Notes under the pieces: generated by a model
Told to the model about the DNA's origin: nothing
The model's input: the letters and a program-made list of their open reading frames with translations, nothing else
The model's database searches: none
Part shown: in pieces, positions 29,772-39,460 of the stretch
Numbering within the stretch: position 1 is the stretch's first letter
Layout: every line of letters begins with the position of its first letter
NCBI GenBank assembly: GCA_963823665.1
Contig: CAWGMQ010000010.1
Location: 96,001-160,000 of the forward strand
Source: an uncultured Planctomycetota bacterium
Lineage (GTDB): Bacteria; Planctomycetota; Planctomycetia; Isosphaerales; Isosphaeraceae
Length of the DNA stretch: 64,000 nt
Reading direction: 5' to 3'
Made by a program: the position numbers and the translations under genes

Positions 29772-31441
29772 GTCGCACCATGGGCATTCTTCGATCGGGA
29801 TGGGAGACGCAGCGCGGCTGCCGTTCTTGAAGTCGATGGTCTTGCGCGGGCGGACTCGGAATCGTTGTCGCCCTTGTGTCCCATGCGGTTTGGGGTTGCG
29901 GCGCGGCCGACCCAGAGCCCGATCTCGAACGGCCAATCGCCGAGCTTCTCGACGTCTTGCTGGCGCTCGAGCTCCAGGGCACAGATGAGGGTTGAGGCCC
30001 GCCCGAGCTGGTCGAAGGTGAGGAGGCGGAGGGTGTAGCGCATCAGCACGCCGAGACCGGCGGAGGCGACGCCAGGGTTGCGCAGGCGACGGAGGGTGAG
30101 TGTGAAGGCAGCCAGGCCGAGGTATGCCTCGGTCTTGCCGCCGCCGGTGGGGAAGAAGAGCAAATCCACGACCTCGCGGTAATCGCTCGTGGGCTCGGCG
30201 ATTCCCTTGAGGTTCATGTGGAGGAATGCGAGCTGGAACGGCCGCCATCGCGGCTCGATCGATTCGGGGCGATTGTTCTGCATTACCCCCATGCACACTC
30301 TTGCGGCGGTGGCCATCGCTCGGTTAGTGATGCGGAAGGCTTCCAGACAATGCGGGTCGTTCAGCAGCGCGATCCCCTCTTGCATGCGGCGGGCGGCGAC
30401 CTGGGCGCGCTGGAGGAGCTCCTGGCCGGTCTCCTTGCGGCGAAGTGGGTACTGAGGCATTTTCGCCCGCTGATGTTCGATCCACGAGCGGTAGTGGATC
30501 ACGAGGTTGCCGAGTTTCGTTTGAGCGTCGGCGCCGTCGGCGACCTGAGACAGGGCGTCCATCGCGAGCTCGATGTCCGGCAACTCCGCCGGCGCCACTC
30601 GTTCCACCTCTGCTTCGGGGATCCAGCAGGTTCTGACCTCGTGACAATGCGCGTCGGTGAGCACGACCTGGGTGGCGACGCTGTGGCCGACGGCGAATTC
30701 GCAGGCGTCGCGGTATTGGAGGTCGGCGACGCGCTCGTCCCAGTCATCACTTCCGAGGCTGCGGAGGTTGGGGCGCGGCACGAACGGCTCTTCGCAGCTC
30801 ACCTCCAGTTGGGCCTGGAAGGCGAAAGCTTCGTCGCGGGACTCGTCGGGCGCGGGGTCGCGGCGGTTGACGAGGAACACGGAGACTGAGCGCGTTCCCG
30901 TGGGTAGCGCACCCTCGGCGCCGTCGCTGGCGACGGGCCGGACTGACAGGGCGACTTTGAGCCCGTTGCTGCTGTTGACCTCGGTCTCGCGCGGTTTCGC
31001 CGTTGATTTGGGGACTCGCAACTCGACTTGTTCGGTCCGTTGTGTGCGTTTCCATTCCGCGCCGGTGCCGAGGCCATCGGGGGGCTTCCGGAGCTTGTAG
31101 TCGCCCCAGCGGACACGGACATTCAGGCGCGCCGTGGCTTCGGGCACGAGCACGCTGAGGCCGATTGATGAGGGCAAGAATCGTTTGCGCGCTGAGGCGG
31201 GCTAGGTTGCGGTGGCGTCGTCAGTGCCCCCGGCGTCATTTGCCGAGTCGACTTCGTCGTTGCTGTCTTCGTCGACCCGCTGTTCGTCGCCGGCGTCGAG
31301 AGGGACGAGGAAGCCGGTGAGGTAGCAGCGGGCGGGGGCTTGGGTGAGGACTTCAGTAGGAGAGCCGAGGTCTTCGGCGGGGCCGACCAGGTCCAGACGC
31401 AGGGCTTTGACGAGCTCAGTTCGAACATCGACCGACGTCAT
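29772..31441 (-). pseudogene. drmA: DISARM helicase DrmA, 5' part only, with an internal TAG
   Basis: MTSVDVRTELVKALRLDLVGP..YLTGFLVP; PSSIGLSVLV; WRPFQLAF; VDLLFFPTGGGKTEAYLGLAAF; LMRYTLRLLT; PFEIGLWVG; PIEECPWC. In-frame TAG at 31202-31204. Homology stops at the 26-bp repeat, before helicase motif II. Confidence 0.88.
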
Positions 31442-31633
31442 GCCGCGTGTTCCCCGATCGTTCAACTGCGATCGATCTGTTGACGGCGTCGTTGTTGATC
31501 CCAGCCGTCCGCTATTGTCCAATAGCTAGAAGAGTTCGTCGAGTGCCGGCTCGGTTCTCGCCGGCGCGTTTTATGTCTCAGTCGATGAACCGTCGCGAGC
31601 GAACACCCGTCTAAACGTCAGGGTCGCCCACGA

Positions 31634-32383
31634 ATGAACTCAGATGATTGGGAGGTTTTATTCGAAGTCGCGGGCCAAAGTAAGCCGAATGTGACAAGGG
31701 CGAACACGTATATCCGGTCATGGGATTCGGCGTGCCGTGCCGTCCAGGTGGGTTGTGACGATGGAAATGATTACGTCGTCAAGGGATCTCAAGTGGGCAG
31801 ATCCGCCTTCAATGATCAGGTTGTTGGGCGGCTCGCGTGGGCGCTCGTGCGCCGGTCGCTGAGGTAACGTTGGTGCAGGTCGATGAGGAGCTCGTGGCCA
31901 GCAACCCGGATATGGCTCACGTATCTGCTGGGCTCGCACACGGTAGCCTCTTCGTTCCCGACTGCAGCGAGTGTGCGTGGTTTCAGTTTGTGGATCTTAA
32001 GCAGAATCGACTCCGATTCGGGTTGCTGTCGGTCTTATACGGATGGATGGTCGGGGCGGAGAAGCAGTTTTTCTATTCCATCACGCCGCCGAACCTGGTC
32101 TATTCCTTCGATCACGACGCGTTCTTCCCTTCCGGGCCGGCTTGGTATCTCGAATCCCTCGGCCTGGCGCCGTACCCCGACGTGGATGATGTTATCGTGG
32201 ACCAGTGCGGCCTGAGACGGCGCGAGGCTCGATCAGGCCTGCGCCTCTCGTCAGAAAATCTCGACCGGCATGATCGCATCGGCCATCGCGTCAGTCCCCG
32301 TCGGCTGGGGTGGGGTTAATGAATCAGAGCGGCTCGCACTCGCCCAGTACCTCTGGGGCCGGTGCGAGACGATGCGAACGTAA
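31634..32383 (+). CDS. HipA-like kinase (HipA_2 type), frameshifted near 31850 and 32220-32260
   Basis: VGCDDGNDYVVKG..FNDQVVGRLA; GLAHGS..YGWM..QFFY..VYSFDHDAFFP; C-terminal ERLALAQYLWGR. Its stop overlaps the DUF3037 start (TAATG), the usual partner. Confidence 0.7.
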
Positions 32384-33210
32384 TGGAGCTGGATTCAATG
32401 GCAAGCTTCTACACCGTAGTTCAGTTCGTCCCGGATCCAGTCGCCGACGAGCGCATTAATGCCGGCGTCATTGTCTTCGGCGATGGTCGGATTCTCGTGC
32501 GCTTCGTGGAGAACTGGAACCGTCTCCAGCGGTTCGGTAACAAGGACGTCTCGTTTTTGAGGCAATTCGCTTCGGATCTGAGCGAGCGGGCTCATGGCGG
32601 AGAAGCGCACCCTCAACTCACCGAGCAGATGCTGCGGGAAATGGTAGCTACGTGGAGAAACGCCATACAGTTCACGCCGCCCAGAGGCTCGCTCCTAAGC
32701 CTGGAAGAGCTACTCGTCGACGCCGAGGCTCGGTTCCTGGCGAACGACCATCCGCAGCAGAACCGTCCCGTCACTCGCTGGTACATGAAAAGGTTGGCCT
32801 TCGACGCCACCTGCCTTGCTTTCGTCCAGCGCGGAGGCGAGCGAGCGCGGAGGCTCGTCAAACGGAACTTCAACATCGGAGGCGCGATCACGGAGCACCC
32901 GTTCTCCCTGGCGATCGCCAACGGCAAACCGCTCGTCGCCGCCGAGGTCTTCTCGTTCGTGGGAACCGATCGCAAAGCCCAGGAGAAGGACGTCATGGCT
33001 ACCGCCTGGGCATTTGAGGATGTCCGAAAGCGACATGGCTTGCTCGAATTCGCGGCGCTGGTGCTAACTGATGAAGAGCCGTCTCCGACGTTCGGAGACG
33101 CCGAAAAGATCTTCAACAGCTTAGGAGTGCGAATCGTGCCGAGAGACCGCGTGGAAGAGTGGTCGGATGAAATCGCCGGGAAGGTGCTGGTCGATGTGAA
33201 GTTGAGGTAG
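32383..33210 (+). CDS. DUF3037 domain protein
   Basis: SFYTVVQFVPDPVADERINAGVIVF..RLQRF..NAIQFTPPRGSL; nuclease-like C-terminal region; intact ORF. Confidence 0.85.
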   Translation: MELDSMASFYTVVQFVPDPVADERINAGVIVFGDGRILVRFVENWNRLQRFGNKDVSFLRQFASDLSERAHGGEAHPQLTEQMLREMVATWRNAIQFTPPRGSLLSLEELLVDAEARFLANDHPQQNRPVTRWYMKRLAFDATCLAFVQRGGERARRLVKRNFNIGGAITEHPFSLAIANGKPLVAAEVFSFVGTDRKAQEKDVMATAWAFEDVRKRHGLLEFAALVLTDEEPSPTFGDAEKIFNSLGVRIVPRDRVEEWSDEIAGKVLVDVKLR

Positions 33211-33299
33211 TGGTGGAGCTCGATGCGGCTGAGGCCCCAACTTCACCCACGATTTCAAGGAGCAAGTCGTTGGTGAGTGGGTCCGGGCGCTGGCGGCAA

Positions 33300-33645
33300 T
33301 AGTCCTGACGCGGCGCGGCGATTTGTCGGTCGTCGGGACGAAGCAGGTGTTCGGAAGTTCTACACTCGAGTCCAAAACGCCGGCCTGTTTCCGACTATCC
33401 TCCGCACGCCGGCTCGGCCTCCGGATGAGGCTCTGTTCGAGCGACAGATTGAGGACCTGGAATGAGCGTCGCTCAAGAACAAACCCTCGCGGAAAAGATC
33501 CGAGCGCGCGGCTACTGGCGCGTCGTGATCCGGCCTGCGAAATTCGAACGGAATCACATCGGAGCGTGTACGGAGCTTTTCGAGATCGTCGAAAAGAATA
33601 CCGTGCGTTTCCGAGGTTGGGAGTACCCGCGTGTCGACCGCCAAA
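33300..33645 (+). pseudogene. Degenerate duplicate of the AlbA_2 C-terminus plus the N-terminus of its partner gene
   Basis: GVRKFYTRVQNAGLFP..ERQIEDLE* parallels GVRKFVAR..AGLFP..DEQIEGLK*. MSVAQEQTLAEKIRARGYWRVVIRP..RGWEYP parallels MSTIRAQTTLSKLRMRGHWRVVIRP..RGWDYP. Both copies have an ATGA overlap. Confidence 0.75.
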
Positions 33646-34223
33646 GGCGTTTCTCGCGAGGGTCATTCGTGGGATGCTCGGCATGGCCAACCGACGAGAC
33701 GGCGGCTACGTCATCATCGGCGTGGAATCGACGAAGCGCGGGCCTATCGGCACTGAATTCAATCCAGTCGGGCTAAGCGAAGAACAAGCTGCCTCTTGGC
33801 TCGATTACGATGACCTGTCCAGTGCCGTGAACGAGTACGCCAGTCCAAGCGTCACTTTCGAGCCGATACGCCTGATCCACCAGCAACGTGAGTTCGCCAT
33901 TATTCGCGTTCACGATTTTGCCGACATTCCGATACTGTGCACCAAGGATTACGGCGGGTCCGGAGGACGCGTCCGTGGGGTGCCGGCCAAACTGCGCAAA
34001 TCCTCCGTCGGGGGGCCTGCTACGTCCGGTCTCGTAACAAACCCGAGACGTCTGAAATTCCGTCTGAGGAGGAAATGCGGGAACTGCTAGAACTCGCGAT
34101 TGACAAGGGTGTTCGAAAGTTCGTCGCCCGGCGCAAACGGCAGGCTTATTTCCCTCGATCAGTGCAACAGTCCGCCGGGGTGACGAGACGCGATTGGACG
34201 AGCAAATCGAGGGTCTGAAATGA
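33643..34223 (+). pseudogene. Schlafen AlbA_2 domain protein, 5'-truncated and frameshifted
   Basis: KAFLARVIRGMLGMANRRDGGYVIIGVE matches AlbA_2 ANxxGG.i.iGV, followed by ILRRGACYVRSRNKPETSEIPSEEEMRELLELA. No start codon or N-terminal E..E.K segment is present. Confidence 0.75.
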
Positions 34224-34918
34224 GCACGATCAGAGCGCAGACGACTTTGAGCAAACTGCGGATGCGGGGTCATTGGCGTGTCGTAATCAGGCCCACGATG
34301 TTCGATAACGAGCATATACCGAAGGACGCCGATCTCTTCTCGATCGTCGAGAGGAGATCGGTGCGACTGCGGGGTTGGGATTATCCGCACATTGATTACC
34401 AATCCCAGCCGTTACGAGGAGTGGACTGGGTTGGCCAGGAATATGATCGGGAGGATGAGATCGAGGTCTGGCGTCTCTACACGAGCGGTCAGTTCATCCA
34501 CTTCTTCGCTCTGGCCGGTGAATGGCGGGACTATTCCACGGTCTGGCCTCCGGAAGGGGACTGGGAGCCTGGCCGCAACATGTATTACCTCCAGACGGTT
34601 TATTCCTTCGTCGAAATTCTTGAGCTCGCTTCTCGCCTCGCACTCTCGCCTGCCGGCGCGGCTTTCATGCGTGTGGAAATTAATATCAAGGAGCTTCAAG
34701 GGCGCCGTCTTGTGGAACCAGACCGCGCGTTCCGATTCAGCCGGGATTACATCGCCGACTCGCCGGACTGGAGACATTCCTGGGAGGGCACACAGACAGA
34801 ATTAATCGCGCGGCCTCGTGAGCTGGCTGCCGAGGCTTCCCAGAGTTTATTCGCTCGGTTCGGGCTCGACATCAGCCCGGAGATCCTGGCGAGGGTCCAG
34901 GCGCGAATTGGGCGTTGA
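34220..34918 (+). CDS. Hypothetical protein coupled to the AlbA_2 gene
   Basis: 232-aa ORF with RGHWRVVIRP, RGWDYPH and EVWRLYTSGQF; ATGA overlap; a paralogous fragment lies upstream. Confidence 0.8.
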   Translation: MSTIRAQTTLSKLRMRGHWRVVIRPTMFDNEHIPKDADLFSIVERRSVRLRGWDYPHIDYQSQPLRGVDWVGQEYDREDEIEVWRLYTSGQFIHFFALAGEWRDYSTVWPPEGDWEPGRNMYYLQTVYSFVEILELASRLALSPAGAAFMRVEINIKELQGRRLVEPDRAFRFSRDYIADSPDWRHSWEGTQTELIARPRELAAEASQSLFARFGLDISPEILARVQARIGR

Positions 34919-35078
34919 GTCCGCTCGGGATTCGGCGCCTTTTGATCACGGCTTTCGCGTATCCGGGGTCGCCGGACGGAGCCGGCTCCAACAAAGTCGT
35001 TTGCTCGGCTCGCTCGATTTGGTGATCTGTTCCTGACGACTCTTCCGAAGCACGTTGCGGCACGGTTTCGGAGACGGA

Positions 35079-35285
35079 TCACCACTCTGGCGGCAAGAAG
35101 CTGAAGAAACGGCACAGATGCCCTCGCGCCGTACTGATGGCTAGCGGTTCTGCCTTCTCGTCGCGTTCGTGCACCAGGCTGTTTCGAAAGTCGCGTACCA
35201 AGTGACCGTTGTCTCGTTGAGGGTCAGGAATCCGACATCTGGCGGCCAGAGCGTTGAGAAGGTCCACGGTGTTCGGCTCTGTTTT
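35079..35285 (-). pseudogene. C-terminal fragment of a HEPN-like protein
   Basis: VDLLNALAARCRIPD..HLVRDFRNSLVHERD..LCRFFSFLPPEW* contains an Rx4H motif (RNSLVH). It has no N-terminus of its own and abuts the upstream gene. Confidence 0.55.
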
Positions 35286-35937
35286 CCAGCATCTCCGCGA
35301 GGACCCTCTCCAATGCCTCCTTCGAAAGCGGCACTGCATCCGCCTCAGAGATTGTTGCGACGGCCGTGGTACCTGGGAACATGTAGTGCAGGTTCCAGCG
35401 GTTCTCATGGTAGTAGAGACTGGCGATGTCATCGTAAGCCGGCGTCAGGTATAGATCGACGACGCCCTGAACGCCCGAGGAGGACCGCCCCACCGGCTCG
35501 AGCAGGATACGGCAAGTGTCTTCCTGCATCAGCAGGGCTGGCACGCGGTGTTTGCCGATCCAGTCGTCGTCGAGCTTCTTTTCGACACTGCGGGTGGACC
35601 ATTGCAATTCCCTGGCCCAGCTTTCCACTTGATCGACGAGGGACTTAACGGAGTCGATCCAGACGGTACGTGCCCTGATCCGCTCTTCGGCTTCTTTCTC
35701 CATCTCTTGCTTTGCGGACTTCGGGTCATCTGGCGTATCGCTCCAGTCGAAGTTGATGATATCCCCTTCTTGCCGGGCGGTGAGGATGAACCGAGGTGCT
35801 CGCTCGGGCGTGCCGTTCGGGCTGCGTTTCTGCTCTGGCCCGTTCGGAGTGAAGGTAAAGACCAGCAATCCACCTTTGCCTTCGGGTTCGTAGACGCTGG
35901 CCTTGTAGCGCTCTCGATCTGCCGTTTGGTCGCTCAT
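35224..35937 (-). CDS. Hypothetical protein; natural stop probably lost near 35285
   Basis: ATG 35937 follows GGAAGGA. Protein-like sequence WIDSVKSLVDQVESWA..PALLMQE..LLEPVGRS..GVVDLYLTPAYDD. Confidence 0.7.
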   Translation of the reverse strand: MSDQTADRERYKASVYEPEGKGGLLVFTFTPNGPEQKRSPNGTPERAPRFILTARQEGDIINFDWSDTPDDPKSAKQEMEKEAEERIRARTVWIDSVKSLVDQVESWARELQWSTRSVEKKLDDDWIGKHRVPALLMQEDTCRILLEPVGRSSSGVQGVVDLYLTPAYDDIASLYYHENRWNLHYMFPGTTAVATISEADAVPLSKEALERVLAEMLENRAEHRGPSQRSGRQMSDS

Positions 35938-36653
35938 TGCGGTTGTTCCTTCCAGGCAAGAATGCCGGTCCTTGTGAGGCATAGGCCGCGCTGGAGCTCG
36001 TCACTTTGTCTGCCGGGTGCCTTTTTAATCATTGTACACCGTCGGGGCGCCGAACACTCCGCGAAATGGACGCTATGGTGTCGATCGGTTCGTTCATGGC
36101 CCCTAATTTAGCGATGATTGCATCAGGGTCCTCGGACTGAGCATCTCTGCACCGTGGGCGCATCTCGCAGACCTGGGGTGACGCCGGGGTGTCGGGAGCT
36201 CGCGTCGCCGGCCAGTCAGGATCTCTTCGCGAGCTTCGGGGAGACGTTGTCACTCGTGAGTCTGCGCCTTGCACAGGAGAACGCAACCCGCGGAAGGTGA
36301 GATTGAAGTGGCTCTGCGTTACGGAAATAATTGCATTGGAGGCTCTGCTGAGGGGTTGCTAGCGGGTGGCCCCGACTGCTTTGCCTCTTTTTTCATCTGC
36401 GGCGGGCATGGTGTTGAATGGATGTCGGTGATCCGGTCGGGCATTCATCGCGAGGTTGGTCGCATGTGGGAACCCAAGGGCGAAGTCATTGAGGCGGGGT
36501 AATCGGTTCCTGAGGGGTTTTCTGGACGGTGGAATTCACCTTCGCCGGGGCGTGGGCAGAATGCTATGATCGTGAGGGGATTGGGGCGTTCGGCCGGAGT
36601 GGTCAGGGCGCGGTAAGCTCGGGCGGAAGTGGTATCCAGTGGAGGCGCGGCTG

Positions 36654-37106
36654 ATGAGTCAGTCGCTGGCGGTGGAGCTCCCAGACGAGCTCGCGCGGCG
36701 CGCGCGGAGTGCGGCCGCAGCCGCCAATCGCCGGCTTGAGGACGCGGCGGTCGACTGGATTAGCCAGGCCATCGCGGAGCATGAGATGGCGGGGGTCTCC
36801 GACGGCGAGGTATTGGCGCTTTGCGACGCGATGATCGACGACGAACTTCAGGCGGAGTTAAGTGGTTTGCTATCGGCTGCCGGAGAGGGCGCGCTGGAGG
36901 GATCCGAGCGTGGGCGGCTGGATGAGCTCATCGCGCTTTATCGACGCGGGCTGGTGCAGAAAGCACGCGCGTGGAAGGAGGCGGTCGCGCGAGGCATCCG
37001 AGCATCGGTGGACGATGCCGGTGCGGATGCCGATCATGCCGCGCGATTGGATTTCGCCGGACGTTTCAGAGCGGACGTCGGCACGAGATCCCGAGTCCGG
37101 CATTGA
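36654..37106 (+). CDS. Antitoxin-like small helical protein of the type found upstream of HNH endonucleases
   Basis: MSQSLAVELPDELARRA..SDGEVLAL..ELSGLL..GAL..ERGRLDELIALYRRGLVQKARA..EAVARG. Confidence 0.7.
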   Translation: MSQSLAVELPDELARRARSAAAAANRRLEDAAVDWISQAIAEHEMAGVSDGEVLALCDAMIDDELQAELSGLLSAAGEGALEGSERGRLDELIALYRRGLVQKARAWKEAVARGIRASVDDAGADADHAARLDFAGRFRADVGTRSRVRH

Positions 37107-37302
37107 AACGGTCCTGATCAACCCGCGGACGCAGCGTTGGTCCGAACACTTCTGCTGGTCAGCGGATGGCATTCGAGTGGTGGGGCTGACGCCGACAGGG
37201 CGTGCTACGGTTGCCGCTCTGCATCTTGCGGACGATCCTGATGCGCTGATCGTGAGAGCGTACTGGGTGCTCGCGGGTTGGCATCCACCAAGTGACGTGT
37301 GA
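37036..37302 (+). pseudogene. HNH endonuclease with the HNH/zinc core deleted in frame
   Basis: MPRDWISPDV joins directly to ARDPESG..LINPRTQRWSEHFCWS..GLTPTGRATV..L..R..W..AGWHPP, the typical C-terminal half. No CxYC, H or CxxCN is present. Confidence 0.75.
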
Positions 37303-37312
37303 CGGGAGCGCG

Positions 37313-37338
37313 GTTTTCGGTTCCTGGCACCTTTTCCG
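37313..37338. repeat. 26-bp REP-like sequence, copy 2 (at the drmD breakpoint)
   Basis: gttttcggttcctggcaccttttccg, identical to 29746-29771. Confidence 0.93.
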
Positions 37339-38267
37339 CTCCGGAAGAAGCGCTGAGGGTCGAGGATCTCCAGCAAGGCGGTGAAGCTGTTGGAGTGGCC
37401 GTTGTGGGGCGTGGCTGAGAGGAAAAGCCGGTGCTCGAAGCGCGGGGCGATGTCGCGGATGGCGCGGGTGATGTGCGAGTCGATGGCGTACTTCTGGCCG
37501 CTCGAGGGGGCGGCGTGGTGGGCTTCGTCGAGGATGAGCAGTGTGCCGCTACGGAAATCGCCCAGCCAGTCGCGGAGCGGACCGACGTATGCTTCGTCGA
37601 TCAGGAGGCGATGCGAGACGAGGAAGCGGGAGTGGGTGCTCCACGGGTTGACGCCGAAGCCGCGTTCCAGGCGGATCTGCTTCATGTAGTCTTTGTCGAG
37701 CACCTCGAACGTCAGGCCGAACCGGCTCTCGAGCTCGTCTTTCCACTGGTAGATCATGGACGGCGTGCAAGAGACGATGATCTCGCGGGCCTTCTTGCGC
37801 AGCAGCAACTCGCGGGCGATGAGGCCGGCCTCGATGGTTTTGCCCAGGCCGACGTCATCGGCGATGAAGAGGTTGACCCGAGGGAGACGGAGTGCTTTGC
37901 GGAGGGGCTCGAGCTGGTAAGCATCCAGACGAATCCCCGCGCGGAATGGGGACTGGAACAACCGCGGGTCCGTCGAGGTGACGCAGTTCCAGCGGAGTGT
38001 GTTCAAGTAGGCTGCGAACAGTTTCGGCTGGTCAAATCCGCGCTTGGCGATGGATTCCCAGGCCTCGCCGGTGATGATCTCGCGGTCGATCTCGCGCTCC
38101 CAGAGCACCTCCAGAGGCTGGCCCTGGGCGTCGTCGTCGACGCACGAGAGGCGGACGAGTGTTCTTTCGCCTTCGCGCTGGGGAAGCACAATCTTCTCGA
38201 CGAGATAGAGGCGCTGGCGCACACGGGCTATTTGTCCGGATTCTGGGGCAGCGATCATGGTGCTCAC
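37339..38267 (-). pseudogene. drmD: DISARM SNF2-like helicase DrmD, 5' third only
   Basis: GQIARVRQR..LSCVDDDAQGQPLEVLWE..QSPFRAGIRLDAYQLEPLRKALRLPRVNLFIADDVGLGKTIEAG..ILDEAHHAAP..LFLSATPHNGHSNSF..LDPQRF. It then runs into the 26-bp repeat and has no C-terminal helicase domain. Confidence 0.9.
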
Positions 38268-38590
38268 GTCGTGGTGCGCTCCAGGTCAACGAGCGTTGTT
38301 TATCTGGCCGAGGATCGAATGCCGACATTCGCCGCTGGCGGCTCGCGGCTGTGCGTGAACTCACTTTGCGGTGAACTGCCGGGCTCGGCGTCGGTGTTTT
38401 CCATCGGCGCGCGATTGGATCAGAGGATACACGGTGGTGGAGGCTGTCTGCGAGAAGTATCCCGTTCCGCGAATTCTGCTTGGACGCGCAAGGCGAGACT
38501 GCCGCGCAGCACCGGATTCGTTGGGGTGGTTTTTATCGCTGTGGTGGGGGATGCGGAATCGGTATTAGCTTGCGAACGGAGCCGGGATGC

Positions 38591-38609
38591 CCCTTCGCTG
38601 AGCGAAGGG
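38591..38609. repeat. Perfect intergenic inverted repeat (REP-like)
   Basis: cccttcgct-g-agcgaaggg. Confidence 0.6.
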
Positions 38610-38934
38610 CGACATTGGGATTGACGGCGCCCGCAAGCTTCTCGATCGCTCCAGCGAGGTACGTCACGGAGTCCATGCGCTCGGCGCCAGGGGTTTTGGT
38701 TCGGAGTGTCTTCTGGGATTTCGGCGAGCCGGGCACGGGCACGTTCTGCAATGTTGTTGTTCGCGTCGATCTCGATCACCTTGCACCCGCAATCGCCGGC
38801 ATCTTCACGCCGGTCGTCGAAACTTGAAACACGTGAAGTACGCAGCCTGCCTGGCGAAGTTCGGGTAGATACGGATTCGATGCAGGCGCATGGGGCCGCG
38901 GGCGATGTCCAGACGCGCCATGTTCATGGACTAA

Positions 38935-38976
38935 GAATACGAGTACGAGCAGGAGTACGAGTATGAGCAGGAGTCG
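38935..38976. repeat. Hexamer tandem repeat (GAGTAC/GAGCAG variants), 7 units
   Basis: gaatac gagtac gagcag gagtac gagtat gagcag gagtcg. Confidence 0.8.
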
Positions 38977-39024
38977 GAGTGGTGCGGTCGTGCGACTCTC
39001 AGTACGCGGCTGCGGGGACGGACG

Positions 39025-39055
39025 CCCCCTGGCCCCCCCTTCTAAAGGGGGGGAA
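39025..39055. repeat. C-rich/G-rich hairpin repeat, with degenerate relatives near 39118-39150 and 41845-41870
   Basis: ccccctggcccccccttctaaagggggggaa; relatives begin ccctggccccgcctttg and ccctggccccccttttg. Confidence 0.65.
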
Positions 39056-39460
39056 GCTTGGCGCACGATTCGCGGCGGGAAATCTTCGCCCCTTACTCTG
39101 CAAGTTTTCGACAGGCCACCCTGGCCCCGCCTTTGCAACGAGGGGAAAGGACGGGCGGGGCTTTCTTTGCCAGCTTTTTGGCCGCGGCGCGCAAATTCGC
39201 AGGTTCGATCGAATTGGTCGTTGCATGCGTTGCGACGTGAAAAAAATTCCAGGTTTTCTGGTCGACGAAATTGCCAAATTCGGGAAACCCGTCGCATATT
39301 ATCTGTAGCTCAAAGTCGATTGCCGACACTGGTGTCGGCGCGATGGGCACCCACGTCTCTGGATCCGATTAGTTGCGTTCACATCTACTTATGAAATTCT
39401 CGAGGTCGCGGGACTTCGGGCCAGGCTTCCAAGCTCATTTGAATAGGAATTTATACTGAT

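Noticed and set aside
31202..31204. In-frame TAG in drmA as pyrrolysine or recoding
   Set aside because: The gene is also 3'-truncated, and TAG is used as a normal stop elsewhere (e.g. 9944, 33210). A nonsense change is the simpler explanation.
29746..37338. attL/attR of an integrated element, or a composite transposon
   Set aside because: There is no integrase or transposase between the repeats, no tRNA target, and drmD lies outside while drmA lies inside. Removing the segment would not restore a gene.
38830..38976. Four-helix-bundle (IVS-type) gene remnant next to the GAGTAC array
   Set aside because: Only a short ARLDIARG resemblance on the minus strand, which is too little to support a call.
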